The notes under the pieces were generated by a model that was given only the letters and a program-made list of their open reading frames with translations, made no database searches and was not told where the DNA came from. From a virus, in IMG/VR virus record IMGVR_UViG_3300038701_003016, positions 29-64,028 of that record: a DNA stretch of 64,000 bases. One strand, 5' to 3'. The translations under genes and the position numbers were made by a program. Below, piece by piece: positions 1 to 8,487 of this stretch (positions within the stretch are counted from its first letter, which is position 1; the number at the start of each line of letters is the position of its first letter).

Positions 1-240
1 CCTGTAATTTTAGGGGAAGAACCCTGTAATTTTAGGGGAAGAACCCTGTAATTATCGGGGAAGAATTTAGAGCAAAAATGTAAGGAAATCAAGGGCTTAA
101 TAAAATAGAACATAGATATTCGGGGAAGAACTCAGTAATTTTAGGGGAAGAACCCTGTAATTTTAGGGGAAGAACCCTGTAATTTTAGGGGAAGAACCCT
201 GTAATTTTAGAGGAAGAACCCTGTAATTTTAGGGGAAGAA
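1..240. repeat. 22-bp tandem repeat array (CCCTGTAATTTTAGGGGAAGAA), iteron/origin-like
   Basis: Three units at 1-65 (first lacks one base, third degenerate) and five at 131-240, separated by a 65-nt AT-rich spacer ending in a partial unit. No unique spacers. Confidence 0.9.
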
Positions 241-320
241 CCCGGTTTTAAATAATGGGATTTATTCCCCGTAATTTCTCTTATACATATTTCTATTCAA
301 TTTACATAGGAGACTTAAGC

Positions 321-620
321 ATGAATAGTTCATCAGCCCCTTTTCATTATGACCTTCTTGAAAACTATTTTAAGAAGGCAGAAGAACTAAGAGGCTTTGT
401 TGTGCATGGAGAAGACACTGAAAGATGTGTTTGTCGTATTGATTTGATATCAGTTGGAGTTGTTTCGAAATCTACAGATCCTTTAGGGGAAGTAATTCAA
501 TTGGTAGAAGATGAAAGATGTGACTATATTGCGGACTTAGAACCTACTAATGGAATGCCTATGAGGCGAGGAGTAGTTTTGAAAAGGACTGCAGTTGTAA
601 GAGTGGAGTTTCCCCTATGA
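321..620 (+). CDS. hypothetical protein
   Basis: ORF track 255-620. ATG at 321 follows an AGGAG RBS, and the stop overlaps the next start. Confidence 0.6.
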   Translation: MNSSSAPFHYDLLENYFKKAEELRGFVVHGEDTERCVCRIDLISVGVVSKSTDPLGEVIQLVEDERCDYIADLEPTNGMPMRRGVVLKRTAVVRVEFPL

Positions 621-1339
621 AAAGAAATTTAGAAGATATAAAGAAAATCGTAGGAGCTCTTTTAAACGATAGTGGAAGAACTCCAGAGGAAGCAGAACTA
701 GCTGCAGATAAAGCCGCTCAGCTATTAGCCAGGTCAGGGCTCACTCTTCAAGACGTAGTGGAAAATGGAGGAGAGGATATTATCTTAGGAGCTCCTATTG
801 AAGTAGGTAGGCATCCTTGGATAGTATTTAAATTTTTATTAACTCCTATAAGTCGTCTTACTCAGACAGAAATATGGTTTAATGAACTGTTAACTAAGAA
901 TGGCAATCCAGGAGATAGAAAGTCAATTGCAGTAGTAGGATATGATGCTGATGTAGAATGGGCTAAATGGTTAATTCAAGTTATAGAAACTTCAGCTCGT
1001 CAAGCTATTAAAGGGGTTAAGACAGACCCTGATAAAAGAGCCATTCTGATTGGAGTAGGAGTTCGGCTAAGAGATAGAATTAATCTTCTTGTCTCTAAAA
1101 TGGATAGAGCTATTCAAGAACAAGGACAAGATGGTAAAGCGGTAGTTCTTCATAAGTCCGCTCAATTAGAGCAATGGATAAAAGAATTGGGAATTGAATT
1201 AGCCCCTTCAAAAAATAGGGGCTCTGATATGACTAAGTTAAGTGGAGAGAAATTTAAAGAAGGGCTATCTAAAGGGGACAGAATTGCTTTAGGTAGACCT
1301 ATTGAAGGAAATAAGGGAGTACTTCAAATAGAGAATTAG
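617..1339 (+). CDS. DUF2786-domain protein
   Basis: N-terminal KKIVGALL...TPEEAELAADKAAQLLAR pattern typical of DUF2786, followed by a VGYDADVEWA region. Confidence 0.7.
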   Translation: MKRNLEDIKKIVGALLNDSGRTPEEAELAADKAAQLLARSGLTLQDVVENGGEDIILGAPIEVGRHPWIVFKFLLTPISRLTQTEIWFNELLTKNGNPGDRKSIAVVGYDADVEWAKWLIQVIETSARQAIKGVKTDPDKRAILIGVGVRLRDRINLLVSKMDRAIQEQGQDGKAVVLHKSAQLEQWIKELGIELAPSKNRGSDMTKLSGEKFKEGLSKGDRIALGRPIEGNKGVLQIEN

Positions 1340-1354
1340 ATATGGATATTAAAT

Positions 1355-1426
1355 GCTGTATAGCTTAAGGAAAGCGCTAAGCTGGTAACTTAGAGATGTA
1401 GGAGGTCGAGTTTCTACTACAGCCCA
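1355..1426 (+). tRNA. degenerate tRNA-Thr(GGT)-like element
   Basis: GCTGTA/TACAGC acceptor stem followed directly by CCA, D arm GCTT/AAGC, anticodon arm CTAAG-CTGGTAA-CTTAG. The T-loop (GGTCGAG) is non-canonical. Confidence 0.6.
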
Positions 1427-1441
1427 ATTAAGAGATTTATA

Positions 1442-1768
1442 ATGACCAAGTGTTTGAAGGTAGCTTTAAAGTATCCACATCTTCTAGAGCTACCTATTAA
1501 ATATTCTAATATATCTAGCCCTGATGAAAGGCGCTTAGTCAGAGAGACATACATAAAGCTTCAAGAGGGTAAGTGTATGTACTGCGGGGGAAATTTATAC
1601 GATAAGCCTCCTTCTAGAATTGCTAATAAACCTGTTAAGGAAAGTCTATTTCCTCAGGGTTTCTTTAAGTGGCCTATACATATTCAACATTGCCATAAAA
1701 CAGGTATGACTGAGGGGGTTGTTCATGCAAAATGCAATGCAATATTATGGCAGTATCATGGAAGATAA
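1442..1768 (+). CDS. endonuclease VII-like (His-Me finger) nuclease
   Basis: CMYCGG...HIQHCHKTGMTEGVVHAKCN motif. Confidence 0.75.
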   Translation: MTKCLKVALKYPHLLELPIKYSNISSPDERRLVRETYIKLQEGKCMYCGGNLYDKPPSRIANKPVKESLFPQGFFKWPIHIQHCHKTGMTEGVVHAKCNAILWQYHGR

Positions 1769-1818
1769 ATAAGACCTAATTGCTATTATGGTAGTGTTTA
1801 TAATGAGAGGGATAGACA

Positions 1819-2334
1819 ATGACGAAAGTTGTTAAGGTGAATTACAACAGAGTGGAGCATATCATACTTGGGGGAATTAAAGCTATTGATCCTCATTTTG
1901 ATAAAGACCCAAAAGTAGAAAAGGCCCGTATGCGTATAGCTAAGAATATTCAGAAAGATTTTGATGAGCGTATGGAAAAAGGATTTTTTGGGTATGAGGA
2001 TTATACTGCTGAAGAGCAAGCAGCACTAAGTCGAATTCTAATGTACCATGAATTAGGTAAGCACTTTGGGTACCCTAAATGCTGCATAGCAGACTTTATT
2101 AAAAACATTCCTAAGAGACTTGATAAAGTTAAAATCGAAAAAAGAGCTTTTCATGGAACAGGATTTGTTCCTTGCCCCGATTGTAACAAAGTCGTGCAAC
2201 AAGCGGGGCCCGAAGCTTACATAGAGATAATAATTAATAGGAATAGGAAATGTCCGGATAGGTTCCCTCAACATGCAAATAAGGTGGATGAGGTAAGCAG
2301 GGCCATTATGAATAAGTATAAAGGAATTACCTAA
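1819..2334 (+). CDS. hypothetical protein, Cys-containing
   Basis: ORF with GAGAGGG RBS and GYPKCC...GTGFVPCPDC motif. Confidence 0.7.
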   Translation: MTKVVKVNYNRVEHIILGGIKAIDPHFDKDPKVEKARMRIAKNIQKDFDERMEKGFFGYEDYTAEEQAALSRILMYHELGKHFGYPKCCIADFIKNIPKRLDKVKIEKRAFHGTGFVPCPDCNKVVQQAGPEAYIEIIINRNRKCPDRFPQHANKVDEVSRAIMNKYKGIT

Positions 2335-2552
2335 TGATGATAGATTGTCCTTTTGCAAAGGAAGCTTATGCAAAACTTCGTAGTAAGCTTAAAGAAATAA
2401 AACCTTTGATTGAAGATATTCAAGCAGAGGGAAATTTAGAAGTGACTCTTGAAGTAGGTCCTCTTAACGCAATTGAGAAAAATCATATAAGGTTATATAT
2501 CCGGGACTCTATTCGAAATTCTGCTAGTGTAGAATATATCAAGCTATATTAG
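2334..2552 (+). CDS. hypothetical protein
   Basis: ORF coupled to the upstream stop codon. Confidence 0.6.
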   Translation: MMIDCPFAKEAYAKLRSKLKEIKPLIEDIQAEGNLEVTLEVGPLNAIEKNHIRLYIRDSIRNSASVEYIKLY

Positions 2553-2561
2553 GATTTAATT

Positions 2562-3197
2562 ATGTCTGTCGATTTTAACCGGTATATGGAAGATGCCAGA
2601 ATGATGCAGTCATTAAGGGAAGAGCAATTAAAGTATGATTTACAGAGGGAACAATGTCGTACTAAGCCTCCTTTAAATGAAGATAATTTCCTAAGGCTTA
2701 AGAGGGAATTGAGTTTGAATGTACTGCAACTTAATGAAATTTTAGTAGAGGTATATACACAAAACCGAAAAGGCCTAAATCTGTACGCAACGGGAACTTA
2801 CCCTAATAACGCTAGTACTTTCGATTATTATAAGGGAAGACTTGTTCCCTCTATATATTATACAGGGTTGCTAGACCCTTCATATAAAGAAGTTGCAGAC
2901 AGGTGGGAATTAGCTTCTCGGCTTGATAAGGTTATTTTGAAAGTAAACAAAGTATTAAAAGATTTAGTTTTAAAAGAAGATATTGGAACAGTATTTAATT
3001 TTCCAAAATATGAGCTGCCCGGCACTTCTAATGTAGTAGCAGATATTGAGGAAGGGCTAAGTCCTATAAAAGTGGTACAAATGAAGGTTCAATTCTTTAA
3101 TAATAGGCGTAAAGATGAAGATGATTTGAGAGCTTGGACTAAGAGGGTGAAAGAAATAAGCAAGCCTAAAATTAAATATCGTCCTATAAAATATTGA
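2562..3197 (+). CDS. hypothetical protein
   Basis: 211-aa ORF in an operon-like run with an AGGA RBS. Confidence 0.7.
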   Translation: MSVDFNRYMEDARMMQSLREEQLKYDLQREQCRTKPPLNEDNFLRLKRELSLNVLQLNEILVEVYTQNRKGLNLYATGTYPNNASTFDYYKGRLVPSIYYTGLLDPSYKEVADRWELASRLDKVILKVNKVLKDLVLKEDIGTVFNFPKYELPGTSNVVADIEEGLSPIKVVQMKVQFFNNRRKDEDDLRAWTKRVKEISKPKIKYRPIKY

Positions 3198-3207
3198 GGG
3201 TAATAGA

Positions 3208-3417
3208 ATGAAACTTGAAGGTGTTGCTAGAAGAGCTTATTTGATGAATAAGCTTCATTTAAAATTAAAAGAGGCTTCTATGGAAATAAGTCCTATAATC
3301 GCAGAGCTTCTTGATGAGTATAATACAGATGTTGTACTTGATGTTAACAATTATGAGAATGGCCCGGTCTCGGGACATAGAATGTTTGTATCAGAGTTTA
3401 AAACCTTAGAACTATAG
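3208..3417 (+). CDS. hypothetical protein
   Basis: Short ORF with a GAGGG RBS. Confidence 0.6.
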   Translation: MKLEGVARRAYLMNKLHLKLKEASMEISPIIAELLDEYNTDVVLDVNNYENGPVSGHRMFVSEFKTLEL

Positions 3418-3429
3418 GGGGTAAAGTTC

Positions 3430-3783
3430 ATGTATATTAGAACTGTATTAGGTATTACAAAGACTGCTTTGGCAGTTATGGGAGTAGGTTTCTTATTGTC
3501 TTTTCCTATTCAAAACTTTATTGATCCAGCTAATGGTCAAGAAATGATTGAGAGTATTAAAGACAAAGAATATTCTAAATTTCTTGATCTTTATGGAAAC
3601 TATGTCAAAATTTATAAAGATCCAGTTAGTAAATGCGAGTATTTAATATTTGGAAAAGCTAATGGAGGGCTTGCTTCTGAGCCTAGAAGAAACTCAAAAG
3701 GGGAAATTGTTTGCGAGAATAAAAAAAAGGAGCTAAAAGCCCCTTTCTTAAAGACGAGATTTAAAAATTATTATACGATATAA
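3430..3783 (+). CDS. membrane-anchored protein, DUF6440-like C-terminus
   Basis: N-terminal hydrophobic helix, then KDPVSKCEYLIF...GGLA..PRRNSKG. Confidence 0.6.
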   Translation: MYIRTVLGITKTALAVMGVGFLLSFPIQNFIDPANGQEMIESIKDKEYSKFLDLYGNYVKIYKDPVSKCEYLIFGKANGGLASEPRRNSKGEIVCENKKKELKAPFLKTRFKNYYTI

Positions 3784-3917
3784 ACTTTCCATTCCATTAC
3801 CGTCTTGCCAGGGCGGACTTGGCGAGACACTCTTTTTACATTGCCCGCACCGAAGCTTAATTTCTCTTTAGTTGAAAGGGCGCTAAATTCTTTGTCTGAG
3901 TATGTCCGAACAATCAT
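3771..3917 (-). CDS. 48-aa early protein missing from the ORF track (MIVRTYSDKEFSALSTKEKLSFGAGNVKRVSRQVRPGKTVMEWKVYIV)
   Basis: Translated by hand. Lies directly downstream of a promoter cassette with a GGAG RBS 7 nt before the ATG. Confidence 0.7.
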   Translation of the reverse strand: MIVRTYSDKEFSALSTKEKLSFGAGNVKRVSRQVRPGKTVMEWKVYIV

Positions 3918-3922
3918 TGTTT

Positions 3923-3982
3923 GCTCCAGCGTTTATTTGATGAATAATATAGCGCCCTTTCCAGTCTTTGTAAATAGGAAAA
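3923..3982 (-). promoter_or_regulatory. repeated sigma70-type promoter+RBS cassette, copy A
   Basis: Minus strand TTTTCCTA-TTTACA-17 nt-TATATT-ATTCATCAAATAAACGCTGGAGC. Confidence 0.85.
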
Positions 3983-4065
3983 TTATTTTTTTTTCCACTT
4001 TTTATTATGTACTTCCACTTCAATTCGCGTTATATAATAGATCTAGTCAATTCAAAGGGGACTTT

Positions 4066-4284
4066 ATGCCAAGATACTTTCAGAAGACTATATTCAATAC
4101 ACGTATGACTGAAAAGGTAACGGAAGTTTCCATCTTAAATGATAATGAGGTACCAGACTTTTTCAGTCGAGAAGAATTAGAGAAACTTGATAAGGGACAG
4201 TTGATCTATAGGAGTCATCCTAATTATAGCTTGGAAATAGTCGACCTTCAAGCTTTCTTTAATAAGGGTAGAAAAAAGAGTTGA
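4066..4284 (+). CDS. hypothetical protein (72 aa)
   Basis: Start moved from 3805 to the ATG at 4066 (AAGGGG RBS). The longer version would run through an opposite-strand promoter and gene. Confidence 0.65.
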   Translation: MPRYFQKTIFNTRMTEKVTEVSILNDNEVPDFFSREELEKLDKGQLIYRSHPNYSLEIVDLQAFFNKGRKKS

Positions 4285-4294
4285 ATGTGATTTG

Positions 4295-4372
4295 AAAAAG
4301 GGGCTTATATAAGCCTCTTTTTTATTATAGGGATTTAGGTAAATAAAAAGGCCCCTGAAGGGCCCTTTATTT
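4295..4372. terminator. pair of intrinsic terminators between convergent genes
   Basis: Hairpins GGGGCTT/AAGCCTC and AAGGCCC/GGGCCCT with flanking A/T tracts. Confidence 0.75.
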
Positions 4373-4384
4373 TATTTAAATTAC

Positions 4385-4633
4385 TTAAGCTTTTTTAACA
4401 AGTTCTACATCGAATTTTTCATTTTTCGCTATTGTTTCTTTAATAAGGTTTCCAGTAATTGTTCCTTGTAAAACCAAAGTAACATTATCACCCGATTTTT
4501 CAATTTCTAATACTTTATGTTTTTGAATTTGGAATTCATAGTTTGGGTTTTTTGTATCTACCATTACATATACATCAGCTGTCGCATTCAGTTCTTTAAA
4601 GCGCTTAGCAGTAATTTGTGTATGGACTGACAT
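4385..4633 (-). CDS. hypothetical early protein (82 aa)
   Basis: Start MSVHTQ at 4633, downstream of cassette B and its GGAG RBS. Confidence 0.75.
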   Translation of the reverse strand: MSVHTQITAKRFKELNATADVYVMVDTKNPNYEFQIQKHKVLEIEKSGDNVTLVLQGTITGNLIKETIAKNEKFDVELVKKA

Positions 4634-4640
4634 GTTCTTA

Positions 4641-4702
4641 GCTCCAGTGTTTGTTTGATGAATAATATATAACCCCCTTTCCAGCATTTGTAAATAGGAA
4701 AA
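4641..4702 (-). promoter_or_regulatory. repeated promoter+RBS cassette, copy B
   Basis: TTTACA-17-TATATA followed by the same ATTCATCAAACAAACACTGGAGC leader. Confidence 0.85.
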
Positions 4703-4801
4703 TTCACTTTTTCTATTTTTTTTTTCGCTTTATATAATAGGAGAGAATTTCGCTTTATATAATAGGATATTCCAAAATAGGAAAAAATAGAAAAAAGTGA
4801 A

Positions 4802-4860
4802 TTTTCCTATTTACAAACGCTGGAAAGGATGCTATATATTATTTATCAAATACACAAACA
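4802..4860 (+). promoter_or_regulatory. repeated promoter cassette, copy C
   Basis: TTTTCCTATTTACA-AACGCTGGAAAGGATGC-TATATA, inverted relative to copy B. Confidence 0.85.
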
Positions 4861-4872
4861 GAGGGAATTGAA

Positions 4873-5073
4873 ATGATTTACGCAAAATTGACAACTGCAA
4901 ACAAAACTAAACCTGTAGGGTATTTTGAAACTCCACACCACTTAATTGATTATATTATGAGTAAAGGAGAAATTTTAGATTGGGTTCAAATGGATACTGA
5001 AACCCAAGGGACTTTTTCGATTAAAATGAAAAGAGGACAAAAGCTTTACACTTTTGAGCAATCCAAACATTGA
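4873..5073 (+). CDS. hypothetical early protein
   Basis: ORF behind cassette C with a GAGGG RBS. Confidence 0.7.
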   Translation: MIYAKLTTANKTKPVGYFETPHHLIDYIMSKGEILDWVQMDTETQGTFSIKMKRGQKLYTFEQSKH

Positions 5074-5091
5074 TTTAATTAAATAAGTATT

Positions 5092-5167
5092 AAAGGGGAG
5101 GCTTTAAGCCTCCCTTTTTTTGTATATAAATAATGATAATAAAAAGACCCCTTATAAAGGGGTCTTT
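5092..5167. terminator. pair of intrinsic terminators
   Basis: GGGGAGGCT/AGCCTCCC plus T run; AAGACCCC/GGGGTCTT. Confidence 0.8.
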
Positions 5168-5185
5168 CTATTCCTTTAAAATGTA

Positions 5186-5398
5186 TTATCCAATAAAAAT
5201 AAGGAATTTATCTTCGTATGAAACTTTATTTGCAGGAGTATCTTCAAAACACCCTTCAGAAACCAGTTCATCAATATCTTCCTGAGTAGCTAGTTTCCAA
5301 TACATTCCGAAGGCATCCAAGGAATAATAGGTATAGTATTGTTCGTCAAAAAGGTTGCAAAGGGCTTTTGCATGGATGTCTTCGATTTCTTTATACAT
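5186..5398 (-). CDS. hypothetical acidic early protein
   Basis: ORF behind cassette D. Confidence 0.7.
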   Translation of the reverse strand: MYKEIEDIHAKALCNLFDEQYYTYYSLDAFGMYWKLATQEDIDELVSEGCFEDTPANKVSYEDKFLIFIG

Positions 5399-5404
5399 TA
5401 TTTA

Positions 5405-5466
5405 GCTCCAGTGTTTGTTTGATGAATAATATATAGCACCCTTCCCAGTCTTTGTAAATAGGAAAA
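5405..5466 (-). promoter_or_regulatory. repeated promoter+RBS cassette, copy D
   Basis: 62 bp, an inverted copy of E with one mismatch. Confidence 0.85.
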
Positions 5467-5498
5467 TGCTTTCTATTTTTTTTTTTTCAATTATAACA

Positions 5499-5560
5499 TT
5501 TTCCTATTTACAAAGACTGGGAAGGGTGCTATATATTATTCATCAAACAAACGCTGGAGC
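5499..5560 (+). promoter_or_regulatory. repeated promoter+RBS cassette, copy E
   Basis: TTTTCCTATTTACAAAGACTGGGAAGGGTGCTATATATTATTCATCAAACAAACGCTGGAGC. Confidence 0.85.
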
Positions 5561-5567
5561 AAAGAAT

Positions 5568-5897
5568 ATGTATCAATACAATTTAACAATCAAATGTGGA
5601 AATGAAAAAGTGTCAATTGATTTTACAGTTCCCAGTAAAAAAGAGGCAAAACAAGAAGGGGAATTTTTGGCAATGTCTTATGGCTGGAAAACAAATTCAA
5701 TTTGGAAAGTACATTCTTTAAAATATTTAGGAAGTTTTACTAAAAAAGAAATATCTGAATTTTCAAAAGATTTTGATAACTTATCAGAAACTCATAAAAA
5801 AGAAATAGAAAATCAAATTGCTTCAGTAAGAAAAAATAAAACATCCAAAGAACGTTTACAATCAGATAGAGATTTTATTCAATCTTTTTTAAAATAA
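5568..5897 (+). CDS. hypothetical early protein (109 aa)
   Basis: Start MYQYNL at 5568 behind cassette E. The track start at 5466 lies upstream of the promoter. Confidence 0.7.
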   Translation: MYQYNLTIKCGNEKVSIDFTVPSKKEAKQEGEFLAMSYGWKTNSIWKVHSLKYLGSFTKKEISEFSKDFDNLSETHKKEIENQIASVRKNKTSKERLQSDRDFIQSFLK

Positions 5898-5911
5898 ACT
5901 AAGTTACTTGT

Positions 5912-5992
5912 AAATAAAAGGCCCTTATTAGGGTCTTTTTATTTATGTATTTATATAAAATAAAGGGCTCTTATGATAAAGAGCCCTTTATT
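5912..5992. terminator. pair of intrinsic terminators
   Basis: AAAAGGCCCT/AGGGTCTTTT and AATAAAGGGCTCTT/AAGAGCCCTTTATT hairpins. Confidence 0.8.
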
Positions 5993-6011
5993 CTTGCTTA
6001 TTTAAAAGGAA

Positions 6012-6224
6012 TTACATATCCCAAATATTTTCTCTTTTAATAAATTGGGAAACTCTGACAGTTTGTAGCCTATTATCTCCTTTTGGTCTCTGAGTACTTA
6101 TCGCAAATACACATTCTATATCTTCATGCTCCAAAAGAGTTTGACTATGAGCATTTACAGTTTCAAGGCACTCATTGATTTCATCTTTTATTTGAGCAAT
6201 TAGCTTCTCTTTTTCAAGTGACAT
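6012..6224 (-). CDS. hypothetical protein
   Basis: ORF with a GAGG RBS behind a TTTACA-17-TATATT promoter (6251-6279, minus strand). Confidence 0.7.
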   Translation of the reverse strand: MSLEKEKLIAQIKDEINECLETVNAHSQTLLEHEDIECVFAISTQRPKGDNRLQTVRVSQFIKRENIWDM

Positions 6225-6361
6225 ATAATTTCCTCTCTATTGATAAAGACAATATAGCAGGTTATAATAGGAATGTAAACAGGAAATCCCATTCTATTTA
6301 ATGGGATACGGGAACTTAATCTCTTTTATAATAGGAACATATATTAAGTGGAGAATTTGCA

Positions 6362-7027
6362 ATGGGTTGTGATATACACCTTTTCGTTGAAGTAAAACAA
6401 AATGGCAAGTGGCAGTCCGTATCCGAAATGAGAGACTGCTATATAGAACGTAATTATCATATGTTTGCTTTGCTTGGGGGAGTTAGAAATTATGATGAAA
6501 TTACTCCTATATCTGAATTAAAAGGAATAGATAAAAATTCAGGGAGGGATTTCAAAATACAAGCTGAATATTATAACAGCGACGGGCATTCTTATTCCAA
6601 TTTGACTTTGCGGGAATTGCTAGATTTTGATTGGACTAAAAAGGTTTTAAAAAAAGGGTACCTTGATATAGTTCAATGGGCTAATTTTAGAAGTATAGGA
6701 AAACCAAGTGGATATTCCAGAGACATTAGTGGGCATCATATAGAAATTTTTAAGCCAGAAGCTTTTGAAGAAGCATGGAGAAAATATTCTTTTGCGATGG
6801 GCTTAGAAAAGTATATTTTACCTAGTAAAGCTATTACGAATGAAGAAGAAGAAAAAAGATTTGCTTTCTTTCTTGCTCCAAATAGAAAGACTTATCCGGT
6901 ATGTGATGCTGAATGGGAAATTCCCATATATGAAAATACTTCTCATTTTTGGAGCTGTATTATGCCTAGACTTCTTGCTTTAGGAGCTCCAGAAGAAGTA
7001 CGAATAAATTTCTTTTTTGATAGTTAG
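6362..7027 (+). CDS. conserved phage hypothetical protein
   Basis: MGCDIHLFVE...RNYHMFALLGGVRN...RINFFFD pattern common in phage accessory genes. Confidence 0.75.
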   Translation: MGCDIHLFVEVKQNGKWQSVSEMRDCYIERNYHMFALLGGVRNYDEITPISELKGIDKNSGRDFKIQAEYYNSDGHSYSNLTLRELLDFDWTKKVLKKGYLDIVQWANFRSIGKPSGYSRDISGHHIEIFKPEAFEEAWRKYSFAMGLEKYILPSKAITNEEEEKRFAFFLAPNRKTYPVCDAEWEIPIYENTSHFWSCIMPRLLALGAPEEVRINFFFDS

Positions 7028-7044
7028 ACAGAGAGGGCTAAAAC

Positions 7045-7476
7045 ATGACTACTCAAAAACATCCCGGAGATGGAACTGTTTTAATAGGGCAATATGTAGG
7101 AGAAATTGAGCCTTATAAACATTATATGAATATATTCAGCAAAAATCCTATGGACATTGAACGTATAAGGGTTGTTTTTAAGCCTGCTTTAAAAATACCT
7201 AAAGGGCTTTTAAAATCTGGAGTTTTGCTTGTAACAGAATTAAGAAGTGGAAGATATACTGGGAATATATCTAAAGGAGACCCTTCTACTTATAATTATT
7301 GGGAAGTACAGAAAGTTTTTGTGGAAACGGACAGCCCTGATTTTATATGGAGTAAACCTTCGGGCGCTAATACTACAGGTCCTGTTTTTCATAGGCTAAC
7401 TCCGTCACAAAAAGAAATATTTCGTAGTATATTTGAAAATGCCTTAGATAGCTTTGTTTTTACGGATAAATTATGA
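7045..7476 (+). CDS. hypothetical protein
   Basis: ORF with a GAGAGGG RBS. Confidence 0.65.
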   Translation: MTTQKHPGDGTVLIGQYVGEIEPYKHYMNIFSKNPMDIERIRVVFKPALKIPKGLLKSGVLLVTELRSGRYTGNISKGDPSTYNYWEVQKVFVETDSPDFIWSKPSGANTTGPVFHRLTPSQKEIFRSIFENALDSFVFTDKL

Positions 7477-7715
7477 AACTTGAAAACGGATGGAAACTAA
7501 TAGATGATAAAGCAAAGGATGGAAAATACTACGAAGTATGGCCTTGCGATCATTATCGGGTACCTGACATATTTATAGTATGTTGGACAATTGAATATGG
7601 ATGGAGTACAAGAGAAGGATGGTATATACCTGGAATAGGGGTTTATCCAATTGAGCCTACTCATTACAGAGAAATAAGAGACGCTCCTCATATACCATTA
7701 TTAAAGAGGGATTAA
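7473..7715 (+). CDS. DUF551-like small phage protein
   Basis: WKLIDDKAKDG...EVW...EPTHYREI pattern. Confidence 0.55.
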   Translation: MKLENGWKLIDDKAKDGKYYEVWPCDHYRVPDIFIVCWTIEYGWSTREGWYIPGIGVYPIEPTHYREIRDAPHIPLLKRD

Positions 7716-7716
7716 A

Positions 7717-8262
7717 ATGCAACTTTTAGAACATGGCGAAAATTTCACTAATGGCATAAGAGTTCTTATGCTTTTAGGTAGAAATAAAGACGGGTGCGAA
7801 AATAAACGTACTAAGCTAGTTGTATCTCAAAATTCTGTTGAATTTAGAGAGCACTTAGAGGACTTGTGTGAGGTTTCAACCCCAGGTCAACGAATATATG
7901 CATCTTTAGCTCGCCGAGATTTACAGAAGGCAATCCGCCTTTTCAAAGAGAGGCAGCTTCAGGCAGACTATTCTGAAACTCAACATTTCTATGCAAACTT
8001 AAATAAAACATGGGTTAGCTGCCTCATGAATGAGCAAGCGGCTACTAAGAAAGAAAAATTTTGGCTGATTGACTGTGATACATTCGATGAGTTCAATGAC
8101 GTGGTTAGACTATTAGGGGATAATTTAAGTATCTATGAAGGCCATTATAAAACTAAGAATGGGTTTCACGTAATTGTTAAGCCTTTTAATCTTAAAATGG
8201 AATTGCCTATTGAGCTACATGCTTTAGTCAATAGAAATCCAATGATGTTATGGGGATATTGA
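7717..8262 (+). CDS. small AEP/prim-pol-fold-like protein
   Basis: WLIDCD (hhhDhD) and KTKNGFHVI (motif II-like GxH) motifs. Confidence 0.5.
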   Translation: MQLLEHGENFTNGIRVLMLLGRNKDGCENKRTKLVVSQNSVEFREHLEDLCEVSTPGQRIYASLARRDLQKAIRLFKERQLQADYSETQHFYANLNKTWVSCLMNEQAATKKEKFWLIDCDTFDEFNDVVRLLGDNLSIYEGHYKTKNGFHVIVKPFNLKMELPIELHALVNRNPMMLWGY

Positions 8263-8265
8263 CTA

Positions 8266-8487
8266 ATGAAAATAAGTCGAGACATGGCAACAAAAGAGTA
8301 TACTCCTACGGCGGTAGTATTAGAGGATTATGATATTTTAAAAGGAACTTTGGTAGTTCAACTTAGAAGCTCTATAGCTATTAATAAAATAGCAATCGTA
8401 GATAATCCAGAAAATATAAAATATAAAGCCGGAGAAATAGTTAAGCTCAAGTTTAATAGCCTCGAAGATAGATGGGAACTTAGATGA
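8266..8487 (+). CDS. hypothetical protein
   Basis: ORF in operon. Confidence 0.55.
   Translation: MKISRDMATKEYTPTAVVLEDYDILKGTLVVQLRSSIAINKIAIVDNPENIKYKAGEIVKLKFNSLEDRWELR

Noticed and set aside
1-240. CRISPR array
   Set aside because: Repeats are contiguous without unique spacers, and no cas operon is present. The Cas4-like gene is the usual phage DUF2800 nuclease.
3805-4065. 5' extension of ORF 3805-4284 (likewise 4634-4687 and 5466-5567)
   Set aside because: These extensions read through promoter cassettes. Downstream ATGs have proper RBSs.
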